Assembly (NCBI RefSeq): GCF_036321535.1 | Contig: NC_087437.1 | Span: forward strand, 114,330,001 to 114,394,000 | Length of the DNA stretch: 64,000 nt | Reading direction: 5' to 3' | Source of the DNA: Camelus dromedarius | Lineage: Eukaryota | Part shown: positions 26,821 through 38,637 of the stretch, in pieces | Position numbering within the stretch: the stretch's first letter is position 1 | Layout of the letters: the number at the start of each line of letters is the position of its first letter | Program-made: the position numbers and the translations under genes | The notes under the pieces: generated by a model | The model's input: the letters and a program-made list of their open reading frames with translations, nothing else | Told to the model about the DNA's origin: nothing | Database searches by the model: none

Positions 26821-28239
26821 GGGAAGCTAGATGATAAGACATTGGGAAGTTGCTGTTCTTCACTTACAAAACCTCTTTGGAATTTGATGTTTCCAGGGCA
26901 CCATTTGGATCCTTGCCCTGGACCGTCTGGATGCCTCGTCTGCTTTGTCCTCTGGCACTCTCACTGGCCCCTCGGCTGGGCAGCCCTTCTTTGTAGGTCC
27001 CCACAGTGCAGTTATCCTGGTGCCTTGAGCCCTCTGCAGGGCAGTCTGTGGCCCTCGTCATCTCGTGGATGTTGTAAGTTGAGGTCCCAGCAGTCCTTGC
27101 CAAGAACCCTAAATCTTAGTCCTTGGGTGATAACCCTCCACACCCGGGCTTAAGACCAGCCTCCCTAAAAAAGCAAGTTTTGTCCCACTGGTGGCTGACA
27201 CAGACATGGGGACCAAACCCGACCCTGTCCTAGGAATCTCTGCTTGCAAAGAGGCAGGGACAAAAGACCATCCTCCACCCTTGCTTTGTGATGCCAAACT
27301 CTATTACAAAACATTTACTTGAGAAAAGCATCAAACTTAAATCTCTATTACAAATAGCACCCAAACATTTCCCAAATGGCTTCTGAAATCAGTCATGTGT
27401 ACTTTTTTAAATGTTTAAATGTTTCCAAACTCTTGTGAAATCTGTAGTGATTGATACAGGGTTTTGCGTTTAGTATTACTACTCATGGCACATTTTCGCC
27501 TGATTTCCTATCTTTTGTGGTATCCTTGATTAGCACGGCACTTGATTTTATCTTTGACTGGGAGCCCTTTGAATGTAGCAAAATGTTGAAATGATTCATC
27601 AATCATAATAAAAGACTTCAAAGGGATCCAAGTTAAACGTCAGGACTCTGAAGAGCATACTAGACAGTCAACTTCTTGTATTTCAACTTCAGGGCGATGA
27701 GCCTAGTGGAGAACTTCGCTAAAAATGCCTAATGAGTATGTTAGTCACATATCAAACTCATCTGTTGTCCACATGTTCACATTCAGATAGATATATTTAT
27801 ATGGTGTGTGCATTTCATCCGACATCCATTTATTATGTACCAAGATATAGTTTAGGCTATTCATTTCCATTGATCCATTCCCTGAACATCAGAGGCCACT
27901 GTAAAAGAAAAACAAAGTGAATTCCTTAGGGTGGGAGCCATGCCTGACCAAAACCAGAGAAACTGCCTGGCACCTGACTCAGGCTTTGTCTGTGCGGGCT
28001 CCAGCCTGAAATATTTAAAGTTGAAACCCATCAAATGACTGTTTTTAAATCAACAATTCAGAAACACTTTTGTGTTGTACTTATCTGAATTCTACCTTGT
28101 GTTTTCAAAGTAAGCATTTGGACTAAGTTTTTAAAAATACAAAAGATACTCAGTGTGGGTTTAGAGTTCCAAAAGATTTTAGAATTGATAACGAAGACTG
28201 AAAAACAAACACACAATCAAAAATGAAGCACTGTCTTTT

Positions 28240-28420
28240 TAGTAGGTCTTAAAAGTTCTCATCACAGGAAAAAAGAAGTTCTGTAACAATGTACAGTGAT
28301 GGACATTGGCTAGTCTTACTAGGACGATCATCTCAGAGTATATGCAAGTATCAAATCATTGTGTGACACAGCTGAAACTGATAGAATGTACGATAATTAC
28401 ACCTCAGTTTTTTTAAAAAT
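28240..28420 (+). mobile_element. L1MA-type 3' end
   Basis: tcttaaaagttctcatcac ... gtgatgga ... tcaaatcattgtgtgacacagctgaaact. Confidence 0.8.
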
Positions 28421-28559
28421 GAAAATAAGGACCTCTCTTTTTAAAATATACATTTAAACTACACAGCTTTCCAGTTCTTGCAATGGATTTAATGAGGGGC
28501 TGCTAAGTGGAAGGACTAGGAAGTACAAACAGACTAGGAAACGCATCACTGGGGTCAAA

Positions 28560-29830
28560 AGAAAATAGATACCCAAGTGCCCGTAACGCTGGGCAGACTG
28601 TGATGCCAACTACACACGCAGAGAGTCTGCAAAGAGAAGGTAATCAGGGAGCCTTCAAATGGTATTTCCATTAAGTGAGGCTTTAAGAGATAAATAGGAT
28701 TTCAGTACCCAGAGAAGAAGTCCCCGGCCAAGAACAGCACGGCCATGGGCCCAAAGCCTGAGAAGGATGGCACACCTCTAAGGCCGCTGGTAGGTGGGAA
28801 GGTGGGGGGTGAGGAGGGTGGACACCGGAAGTTGGGGGCTGTGACAGCACCTGCCACTAAAAGGGAAAGTTAGACTCAGGTCGTAAAGGGCTCCAAATGC
28901 CATGCTGGGGAGTTAGGACATTTCTCTGCAGAAAATGGCTCCAGAGAAGGTTTTGACCAAAGGAGTATGTTAGAAAGATGACTCTGATGGTGAGCTGAAG
29001 GAAAAAAGTTGGAGAGAATGAGGTAGAAAGATGTGCTAGAGACGGGGGTACAGGCTGACACGAAAATCAGAGCAACTGGGGAGCCAGGAAGGAGAAGGGG
29101 GGAAATTCAGGAGTAAGTCAGCATTTGGGAACTGATATCATTGGGGGGGGGAGCAAACGAGGATTCCAAACTCCCTCCCTGGGAGACTGGGAGAGACAGG
29201 GATGGAACCGAGGAGGAGAAAGAGCACAGGAGAACACGCAGATTTTGAGAACAATTAAGTAACTGATGTCCCTTTTTTTAAAAAGTGATAACCTGTTTGA
29301 GTCTTAAGGTTTATTGGTTAAAAAGAAAAAGAAAAAAGAGATGCACTCTAGCTGGAGGGGCAAACATGAGCAAAGCCCTAGAGGTGAGAACTCTGAGGCT
29401 GTCACAACAGGGAGGAAGAGAGGGTGGAGGCGCAAAATAGAGCCAAGTAGCCAGAATGGCCAAGAGAGGCGAACATGAGAACTATTTAGGTCAAATCAAT
29501 AACGTCTGATGATGTGGGGGATACAGGAGACAAGGGGGTCGAAAAAGCATCTCAAGTGTCAAGCTTCAGTGACTCCTGGGATTTTGCTCCCACATTTGAA
29601 ATGGAGTAGAGATGCGGAGGAAGAAACTGACTAGGGAGAGATGATGGATGCCACTTGGCTGGTGCCGCGTTGAAGGTGTCTGGGAGACAGGGGACAATCT
29701 CCACCTGGAGATGGAGGTGCAAAGCCCAGGGAAGTCAAGAGCAGGTATAATGAAAAAGTCGTAAGGGACATTAGGATGTAGGCGGTAAATAAAACCAGGC
29801 AGGTAGGTGGCAGCACTTTGAGAGAGCCAA
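28560..29830 (-). mobile_element. L2 fragments
   Basis: Purine-rich strand with L2 antisense motifs (gaaggttttgacc, gaaagatgactctg, gaaggtgtctgggagac). Confidence 0.55.
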
Positions 29831-31521
29831 GAGGACAGCACACATCTCTCTCTGTCTCTCTCTGTCTCTCTCTCTCTCTGCATACGGAAGACCCCCAAAC
29901 CTATTTAGATTAGCAGAAGTCATCTTCAAGTAGTGTCTAGTCATAAAGAGGTACCAATATTATAAACAGCACCCAAAAGTAACAACCGCGGCAAAGGACG
30001 ATGCACAGTTCATCCACCAGCACGCTGCCTACCGACACTTTAAATCCTCTGGATGAGAAAGAATTGTGCCTTTTCATTAATCCCTGCTGATACACGGAAC
30101 TATCTTTTAATTAGCACCAGGATATCTGGAGCCATGCTTCCTGCTTTTTGTACCCAATGTTTGTAACCAATGCTTCACACTTCGAACATTCCAATATGGT
30201 ACAGCAATCTGAGAGGCAATGCCACTTACAGAGCAGATGAGAAAATGTCCATTTGATGTGCTACCAGAAGGCGAGAGAGTTCTTCACCCTGGGGCCCTGG
30301 AACTAAAAATGGAAGAGTTTAGCTGTTCTTGATTAACAAAAACCTTACCTTTGGGAAACTAAGAGCATCTCACTTAATAGAACTGGCGAAACAGCAGCAG
30401 GCTGACTCCCACTGACACCCACAGCGGCTGGGATCCACCCACTGAACATCTGTGGGTTCTGCCAGGGCAGCCCACAGGGCTCTGTTCTTCAAAAAATAGC
30501 AAGTGAGTGACATCACCTTGAATGGACACCATCAAACAAGCTGGTACCACGTTTAACAGAAGCCTGAGAAAGGCAGCAACTCAGTCAGCTGGAAGAGACC
30601 AGGCTGCCCAACCCGATCTGCCAGAACTCTCCCTCCTGGAGCCCCGTAAGAGAAGAAGCATCTAGAACCTCTGGCTCTTCAGTTACTAAATGGAGCAACA
30701 TATGTAAACAAAGTTGAATAACCTCGCAGGCCTGTTGACCACGTCTGGAGGTAGAACCCCCACCACAGAACAACGGGTAAAACCCATCCAGGCTGGAAGG
30801 CAGCAGAGGGAGAGGGGAGAGGGGCAGGGTCTCGGGCCGCCTTCAGCCCTTAACTACGGGAGAGAATGGCTCATTCATGGCTTCCTCCCCGAAGTTTCCA
30901 TCTCCCCGGCCCCCTCTGCCTGCCTGCCTGCCACCCCTCTCCAGGGAGATTGTGTCCTTCTTTTCTTTCTTGTGTCAGATTTCAGCCTGACACGTGGTAA
31001 TTGATTCCGTTGCTGGTTAGACGGGTGTTAAGTGGGAGGGATGAAGTTTCAGTGAAAACAAATAGCACTTCATGGGTCTGACCTTTCCTCTTTGGAGCTT
31101 TTGTTGTGGTCTGCTCTGGGATGTGCGGCGTGAAACCCTGCGAGAGCCCCACACGTCTGCGCTTGCAGCTTCCCCGATTCACCTTCAGCAGCTCCCAATG
31201 TGCCGATGACAGCTACATTGTCTCAGTGTCGCTTCTGGCTCAATGACAGCCCAGCAGCAGCAGGTGGAGGCTCCGATTCACACTGGCAATTGGTGTCTGA
31301 GGTGGGGTGGGGGCTGAGCATGGCCTGAGCCTTCTAGGATAACATTCCTTCATGGAAAAGACTTGCTTTCGGGAGATAATGAGCACCTGGTCCAAGGGCT
31401 GCTTCCAGTTGGTGGCACCACTTCAGGATTCTGCTCCATCCACCAAAAAGAGGCATCAGCCCTGAGCCTCGTCCCATGTCAAGTTCAAAGTGAGCCCAAT
31501 AAGCGAATATTTAGGGGTGAT

Positions 31522-31888
31522 TGTCACGGGTTGCACTCTGCGTTTTTCAGATCCCCTTTCAGGACTGAAGGGTGCGTTTCTGCAGGGTCCGAAGGACTCT
31601 TTGTCCTCTGCAGATGCTGCCCTTGGCTGAAGAGGGCCACCTCGCCCAAGATCACATCCTTTTCCCACGAAAGCCGGAATCCAATGACCGGCTGACAGGC
31701 CAGAAGCACGACAGCCTGACCTCCGGCTACAACTCAGCACTACTCCGAAGGCCACGCCAGCTTCCACGGGGTAGTGGCAGCACTGTCCAACTTCCCTGCT
31801 CCCCCCTCTCTGGATTGCAGGCCTGCCCCTAACAAACATCCAGCAGGCTGATGTGCCCTGAGAGAGTCTGCTTCCCTGAACCCACCCC
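31522..31888 (+). mobile_element. LTR16-type 5' LTR of an ERVL provirus
   Basis: Starts tgtcac...cagatcccctttcaggactgaagg; internal ctcgcccaagatcacatcc and atccaatgac; ends gagagtctgcttccctgaaccc; followed by PBS-like gatgccaagagtggttcaagaaagcag. Confidence 0.75.
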
Positions 31889-34800
31889 GATGCCAAGAGT
31901 GGTTCAAGAAAGCAGAGGCTCATTCATAGGACTTCAGAGCCAGATCACCAACTGCCCAGCCAGCCATGAAGACCCCATCACACAGCCCTGGGTTCAGAGT
32001 AGCAGGGAAAGTGCTAACACTTGCACTGCAGTGACCTGGGAGGGAAATGCACGGCCAGTGCTAGGCATCAGCCGTTTGAGAAAAGGGGGAAAGAGTCGTT
32101 GTAACACAGTGAGACTGGATGGCTGTTGCTGAGGGTTCTTGATGTTTGGGAGGGGACAAGGAGAGCCTGAGGACATTAACCATTAGTGAAATGCTAAGCA
32201 GGAAAGCCAGAAGGCCTTGCCCACTCTTGAAGGGACTCTGCCACGTGTATACAAATTGTTGAGAAAGCTACAGATCGGGTCCAGAATTTAGTCATAAAAA
32301 CAGCAGAGCTGCACAGAGTTTTAACCCCAGCCAGGCAGCTCTGCTAGGACAAAACTCAGAGCTTCTGGCAGGAAAGAATGATACCGCGAGAGTCAGGGTG
32401 GGGCTATCCCGGGATGCACTCAGATCTTGAATCCCTGGAACCTCCCTGAAACTTCTGAGCCTCTGGAAGATGTGACTCCTCCGTGAGGAGGGCTCATGCC
32501 TCCCCTTTGCTTGAAGACACCGTGCAGAGAGCTGTACCAGTGAGATTTCTCACACACACACACACACACACACACAGGACCTGTCCCTGCCTTCCCTCTG
32601 GCCACTATGCCAATAACTAGCGTTAAGTCACAACATAACGAGACAGAGAACTGATGGGCTTTTCAAGGGAGAAAAAAGATAGACTCTGAAGGAGCCACAT
32701 GCCCTGAACAACATGTATGGGCAGCAGCTGGGAGAGGATGAAGCTGCCAGACCCTCAGGTCTCCAGATCAGGGGCAGGATGCACTCGGAGAAGGCAGAAC
32801 TGATCCACACAGGACCATTCCCCTGTGATACGAGGTGCAACACCAGTATCTTCTGCTTCTGTTCCCATAACAAAGTGCCATGATGCAGTGGCTCAAGCAG
32901 AAGTGTCTATTTTCACAGCCCTAGAGGCCAGAAGACTGACAGCAAGGGGTCAGCAGAGCTCTCTCTCTGGTGTGTAGACGGCCGTCTTCCCCGTGTCCTC
33001 ACGTGCCTTCCCTCTGTGTGTGTCGGTGTCCTCACCTCCTCTTTTTATTAAGACACCAACCATGTTGGATTCGGGCCACCATAATGACTTCATTTAAACT
33101 TAATTGGCTCTTTAAAAACTCTCTCTGCCAACACAGTCACATTCAGAGGTACTGAGGGTTAGGACAATCAACACGTGCATTTAGTGGGGAACACAGTTCG
33201 GCTCATAACAACACCTGGACAAGAATCTCAGGAGGCAATATTAGAGTGCTGCTGGGGGGGCTCTTAGAAGCCTGGAGCAAGTCATGGTCAAACTCAATGA
33301 GGTAGAAATGCCAGACTTGCCACCATGAAAAATGAAGGACAAATCAAAAGGTTCAAGCAAGGAAGGTAGCAGCTAGGGTGAACACCACGTGAGGCCAGAA
33401 CACCCAGTACCATGGAATGGCCCAGCGGGTACTCCAGTTACTAAGGCAACAGGAGTGTGCCGCTGCAGATGCTGCTATCAGCATCACTGAAAGTCTCAGT
33501 GGGGACCACTCTCTGTAGGGCGTGGCTAACGGAGACACCATTACAGAAGTGGGCCCAATGGCAACCATGGGGATGACAGGATCCAAAATATTAGGGATCA
33601 AGCAGCTACGCTCAGCTATCAGATGCAGGATGGACAGTTATCCTACTGAGTGGCCAGGCTGGAGGGCATCCTCCAGGGCGCATCCCGCATGAATAAGAGA
33701 TGATTGTTGGAGAACAGCACCCCTAGCGGCCAAGCAGAACAACTGCCCAGGATACTGCTCAATCTCGCCCATCAGAGGAATCAACTCTGGATGATCAGGA
33801 AGGTGGGTGAGCGTACCCACCCCACAGTCATTACTCTGGTCCCCAAATATGTAAAGGGAACAGACATACTTGCTAGTTGCACCTGTCTGCACAGACAAGA
33901 GCGATTAGAGTGGAGAGAGTCAAGGACAGGCTTCTCAAACTGCTCCCTACCCTAGCCAAGATAGTAAATCAGAAACAGCATCATGTCCTGGGGCACGAAG
34001 AGGAGGAGGCTTGGATTTAAAAGCTTTAGAACTACCCTCTAAAGACCTGCAGGATGCAGTGTGGCCCTGTCATGTCACCATATAATTTATCAGTCTGGTC
34101 CCTGCAGAAGCCATCGGGTCCCGGAGGATGGCAGACTCCCGCAGACTTAAACAAGCCGCAGCCCACAGCTGGCACTGAAGCTTCCTTGCCAGATAGTGTG
34201 TCTTTACTTAAACACAGGCTCAGGTACCCGGCCTGCAGCCTTTGATCTGGAGACTCTGTCCTTTTCATCCCTATCAAAAAGGAGGATCAGAAACAGTTTG
34301 CATTTGTTCAGATCAGACAACCGGATTCACTTACCGTGTTGACCCAGGGCTCTGTTAACCCTATCCTCTCTGTCATATTATAATCCAAGGAGACCTGGAC
34401 CCGCTGGGCATCCACAGAACATCACTCTGGTGTTGACATCACAGAAATCAGATCTGGTGAGAGAGAAGTGGCAGGTATGTTCGTGGTCTTCATAAGTCAG
34501 ACTCATGCCATAAAGAAAATGAGAAATAACATTCAGGGGTGAATCAGTACATTTTTTTAAAGGTCTGGGGTCTGGGGCATGTCAGGATATCTCAGCTAAA
34601 ATAAAGAACAAATTATTGTATCTCACCTTTCCTTTAAAAAAAAAAAAACCACAGCGTAATACCCAGCGGGCTTCTCTAGGTCCTGGCGACACCAGTTCCA
34701 CAGTTGGGAAGATGGCTCACATCCATATAACAAGGGACAGAATGGCAGCCAAGACAGGGAAAGGTGTGCAAAAGATTCCAGCTGCAGGGCAAGTGGCCCT

Positions 34801-35455
34801 ACGGCTTGAGCCTTATGGCCCAGCAGACCCCATGCCATGAGAAGTTTTGGTGATGGAAATAGACACTGTGGAGTCTTGGGCAATCCACACCGGGAAAATC
34901 TCAGCTCAGACACTTAGAGTTTAAGAGCAAAGCCATGTCAGCTACATCAAATGACTACATGAACAGCTCCCAGCATGCCACTGGGCTCTGGAAGAGATGG
35001 AGTACTTGACCATGGAACACCAGGTAACCAATCATCCATCACGAGATGGATTCCATCACACCCATACAGCCGCAAGGCGAGGCATCCAGGGGCAATCCGT
35101 TGTAAGATAAAAGTGGTACCTCTGGGTGCAGGGTGTAAGCAAGCTGTTCTAGCAGGCATCCCAGGCCCCCGTGCTATTCACCACTGTTGCATCAGTGCCT
35201 CTCCTCAGCTCACACCCATGGTCGTGTGGAAGGTCCATGTGACCATCTGATGGAGGAGGGGAATAAACCCAAGCCTGATTTATCCATGAGTCAGCTGAAT
35301 ATGAAGGCACAATCCAAACATGGCCAGTGCCTACGGTAAAGCCTCATTCAAGGGGTGGCCTTGAAAGATAGTGGTTAGACGAAGTCATCCCAATGGTCAG
35401 AGCTTTGGCTGGAACACATTCCGTGTGAAAGGGAAACTGGAAATTGCCAGCCTAC
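31889..35455 (+). mobile_element. ERVL internal region (HERV16/ERV3-16A3-like): decayed gag and pol
   Basis: Gag-like GWLLLRVLD (32115), QNLVIKTAELH (32282) and NEVEMPDLP (33295). RT-like SPYNLSVWSLQK (34075) and IPIKKEDQKQFAF...TVLTQG (34267-34350). RNaseH-like VALKDSG..KSSQWSEL (35355-35405). Many stops and frameshifts. Confidence 0.85.
32845..33210 (-). mobile_element. MLT1B-like MaLR LTR nested in ERVL gag
   Basis: ataacaaagtgcca ... gtagacggccgtcttccccgtgtcctcac ... acagtcacattcagaggtactgagggttagga ... cataaca; TSD acacc at 32840-44 and 33211-15. Confidence 0.9.
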
Positions 35456-35524
35456 AGATAGCATTATCTTCTTCTGCAGTGACTAGACTTGGGTAGACAG
35501 CAACATCCCTGGGTGGTTTACGTC

Positions 35525-35712
35525 ACTGATCCCCAAATCTAGCTGAACATCAGAACCACCTGTAAAGCTTTTAAAGAATATACATCCCTTTGCCCCACCC
35601 CAAAATTACTGAAATAAATGCCCCAGATATGAAGCTTATAAATCTATATTTTATGTAAGGTCCTTAGATGATTCTGATATTGCTAGTCCTTGAACTGGTA
35701 TTTGGGGAACAT
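35525..35712. mobile_element. MER5-like hAT MITE
   Basis: ctgaacatcagaaccacctg ... gccccacccc ... gatgattctgat ... tttggggaaca. Confidence 0.7.
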
Positions 35713-35786
35713 TTATCCAAGTGATTAGAAATACCACAATGAAGAACAAAAATATTGATAATTAATGCAAACACACAACTAACTCT

Positions 35787-35890
35787 AGTGTGTAAATCAC
35801 TTCACAGCATATAAGTGTATCAAGTCATCATGCTGTGCACCTTAAACTTACACAGTGTTATGTCAATTATATCTCGTAAGGAAGAAATCA
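35787..35890 (+). mobile_element. L1MA-type 3' tip
   Basis: atcaagtcatcatgctgtgcaccttaaacttacacagtgttatgtcaattatatctc. Confidence 0.75.
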
Positions 35891-35919
35891 GTTTTTTTTT
35901 TAAAGCAAGCACATGTAAG

Positions 35920-36110
35920 ACTATGTGCTTTACTGTATATTAACTTTTTCATTCTCACGACCACTCTATGAGTATGTGTTATTATTAACACATTTGGTAG
36001 GTGAGGACACTGAAGAGACGTGACTTTCTCAAGGTCATAAGGCAAGTGGATGATGGAGGCAGTACTTGAGCTTAATCTGACTCTAGAGTCCCCGAGCTTA
36101 ATCATGATGC
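35920..36110 (-). mobile_element. MIR SINE
   Basis: attctcacgaccactctatgag ... ggtgaggacactgaag ... tcaaggtcata ... tctgactctagagtcc. Confidence 0.75.
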
Positions 36111-36265
36111 CTAGTGGAAAAGGCAATCAAGAAAAGTGAAGAGGGGAAGAAAAATCTGTAATCCACAAGCTGTACCATTTGTAGGGCCAATCTGTATTTA
36201 CCTGAAATGAAGACAAATTGTTTTTCCAAATAGTTTAACTTTAATGTCCCTTTACAATAGCATGT

Positions 36266-36296
36266 GAGCGCCATCTAGCGGCTAGGTAAGACTGCT
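36266..36296 (-). promoter_or_regulatory. Strong CTCF motif (reverse) with upstream module
   Basis: Minus strand reads AGCAGTCTTACC-TAGCCGCTAGATGGCGCTC; core CCGCTAGATGGCGC, with GCAGT upstream. Confidence 0.6.
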
Positions 36297-37202
36297 GGAT
36301 GAGTAATGCTTTGAGTTAAGACTGGCCAAGAACAGAAAAACTGTTATTAAAATTTAGTAGATGCAAGTTTCCAGTTCCAGAATGAATGAATTCCAATTCC
36401 AGAAGGATGAATACTCTGACTTCCAAAAAAGTTTTAAAAATATAATAAGGATATAAAAATGAGGGAAAGTAATCAAAACGGGTGAAGTCCGTAAGAGCCA
36501 CAGCAATGAGGTCAGACTGGGTTTTGTGGGGGTTTTTTTAATGAAAAGGCACCAGTAATAAAACACAAAAGGGAAAAAGCCATATGGGGAATCATTTTTG
36601 GATTTACGTTCTTATAATGAATTTACTACATGCATAAACTAAAAACTTTTCATGACAAATCACTTTTTCCAGGACTTATCCTAGTTCAGCATCCTTTTCC
36701 TCTCCAGGTATTAAGATATCATCTGCTCCCACCTCTGTCCCACGAGGCCTATGGCTACCCAGCAGGATGAAAAGTGCTGGGAGTTTAGAAACCCATGACT
36801 TGTCTTCTCCCTGATTTCCATGGGATCCTTTTTCTTCTCAATCTGTGGAACCCAGATACACAGAGGCAAGGCAGGACAGTACGGACTTCACATAAGAGGA
36901 GCCAGTTCCCTATGTGAGAAGCAGGCCCCGAAAAAAGTAGCAAGGGCCATGAGCAGGAGAGGATGTCAGGACCCAAGAGTCACCACCCAGGTCCAGAGCC
37001 AGGGTACAACAGTCAGAAGACAGAGGTATGGTCCCGTGGGTGGAGTCTGGCTTCCGCTTCCGCAGCCTCTGACAAGCTTTCTTTCCAGGGCCCCGCAAGC
37101 ATCAGGGTTCCTCCCACAAGCTCTTTAATGCTCATGCTCAACTTTAAATAGGAGACATAATGGCCCTTTAGCAGGATTCACTGCAGGAGCAAATGTTCTC
37201 CT

Positions 37203-37513
37203 AATGTGGATGAACCTTGAAAACAGGATGCTAATCGAAAGAAGCCAAATGCCAAGGGCACATGTTGTATGATCCCATATGAGTAGGGGTGAATCCACAG
37301 AGATAGAAAGCAAATTCGTGGTCTCCAGGGGCTGGGGAGGGGGAGGAATGAGGAGAAACTGCTGAATGGGTAAAGGGCTTTACTCTGGAGCGATGAAAAT
37401 GTTCTGGAACTAAATAGAAGTGTTGGTTGCATGACACTGCGAATGCCCTAGATGCCACTGATTTTTTTTTTTCACTTTAAAATGGTTAATTTTATGTTAT
37501 TTGAATTTTACCT
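37203..37513 (+). mobile_element. L1MB-type 3' end
   Basis: tggatgaaccttgaaaac ... ccaggggctggggagg ... gatgaaaatgttctggaact ... cactttaaaatggttaattttatgtta. Confidence 0.9.
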
Positions 37514-38574
37514 TCTGTAGCCAATTCCAGAAATGCCACCAATAACAAATTCTCTTTTGCCTTAGGATTTTCTACCAGGGTACTTTCAGCTTTGCGTATT
37601 TGGTGAGAACTGTTCATAAGATTTAGTTAGAGACCTCGAGCCACCCTCTAAAGTGAGAAGGTTATTAGAGCCTTCTATGTGAATAGGATTTAACCGTGAG
37701 AAAGAGGAGGAAAAAAAAAAAAAAAAGGCCACCTCGGCTCCTGGGAAGGGAAAAAGAGCTCAGCCTTAGCGGTGAAGTTGTTCTAAAAAGAAGCTAGAAA
37801 ACAGGCTACTTCCGCTTCAGATCTGTGCTTTGTAACAGGTTCTATGTTTAGACGGGTGGGGTGGGTTTCCTGACTAGAATCCAGGAGGTTCTTGTCTGGG
37901 GCGTTCCCAGCTTCATGATCCTGGGTCACAAGAAACCCTGAGTCTGGAAGAATCCAGCACCTCATCTGCAGAGCTTGCTCCCAAGAAGCATCAGAAGGCA
38001 ATCAGCGATTGGCCGACAAGCACAAATTCCAAACACACACCCAGTTAATGAAAACCACACACACACACAAACTGGAGATGCTTTTCTACCTGCCAGTGAC
38101 AATCTGGAGCAGGAAAGGCAGACGGAAAATAGCCACGGGGGCTTTATCCCGAATAGTCTACATCTAAAGGGGGAATTGAGTTTCTCAAAAAGAAAGCCTT
38201 TCTGTTTACAAACATACTGTTTTTGCCAAAAGGAATTCTTTATTTTAGGTGCTTTGGGAAAACTGCAGAGTCCTCGGGTTTGGGGCCAAAGACGCCCACA
38301 TGTTGCAATCCTAAACTTTTGGCAGTGACAAAAACATGTTTGCAAGTGGAAAGTTTTCGGTGTGGGGCTTTTCGTGTTGTTTTGTTTGGGTGTGTATTTG
38401 TTTGCTTGCTCGGTGCCAAAGGATTTCCTCCGCAGCTTCCCAGAACCAGGGAGCAGGAGTCAGCAATCCACTTGGGATGTTGGCCCCAAACCACCTGTAC
38501 CCCAACTTGTACATCCTGTACAGCTTGAGGCAAGAAAAGCAACCATGAAGCTCAGGGAGCTGCCCTTTTCTTAC

Positions 38575-38637
38575 CTTCGAACCGAACGTAAAGCCTTGGG
38601 TGGTCAGATGGGAGACCACGAGGGGCTGCGCCTCCAT
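38575..38637 (-). CDS. Candidate coding part of an alternative first exon (MEAQPLVVSHLTTQGFTFGSK|); gene unknown
   Basis: GTG-ATG-G Kozak context, 21 open codons ending at AAG|GTAAGA donor, TATAA about 70 nt upstream, local CpG enrichment; no homology recognised. Confidence 0.25.

Noticed and set aside
30349..30563. Minus-strand exon-like unit (ctttctcag ... AAG|GTAAGG)
   Set aside because: The longest frame hits a stop before the donor and no homology was recognised; such site pairs arise often by chance.
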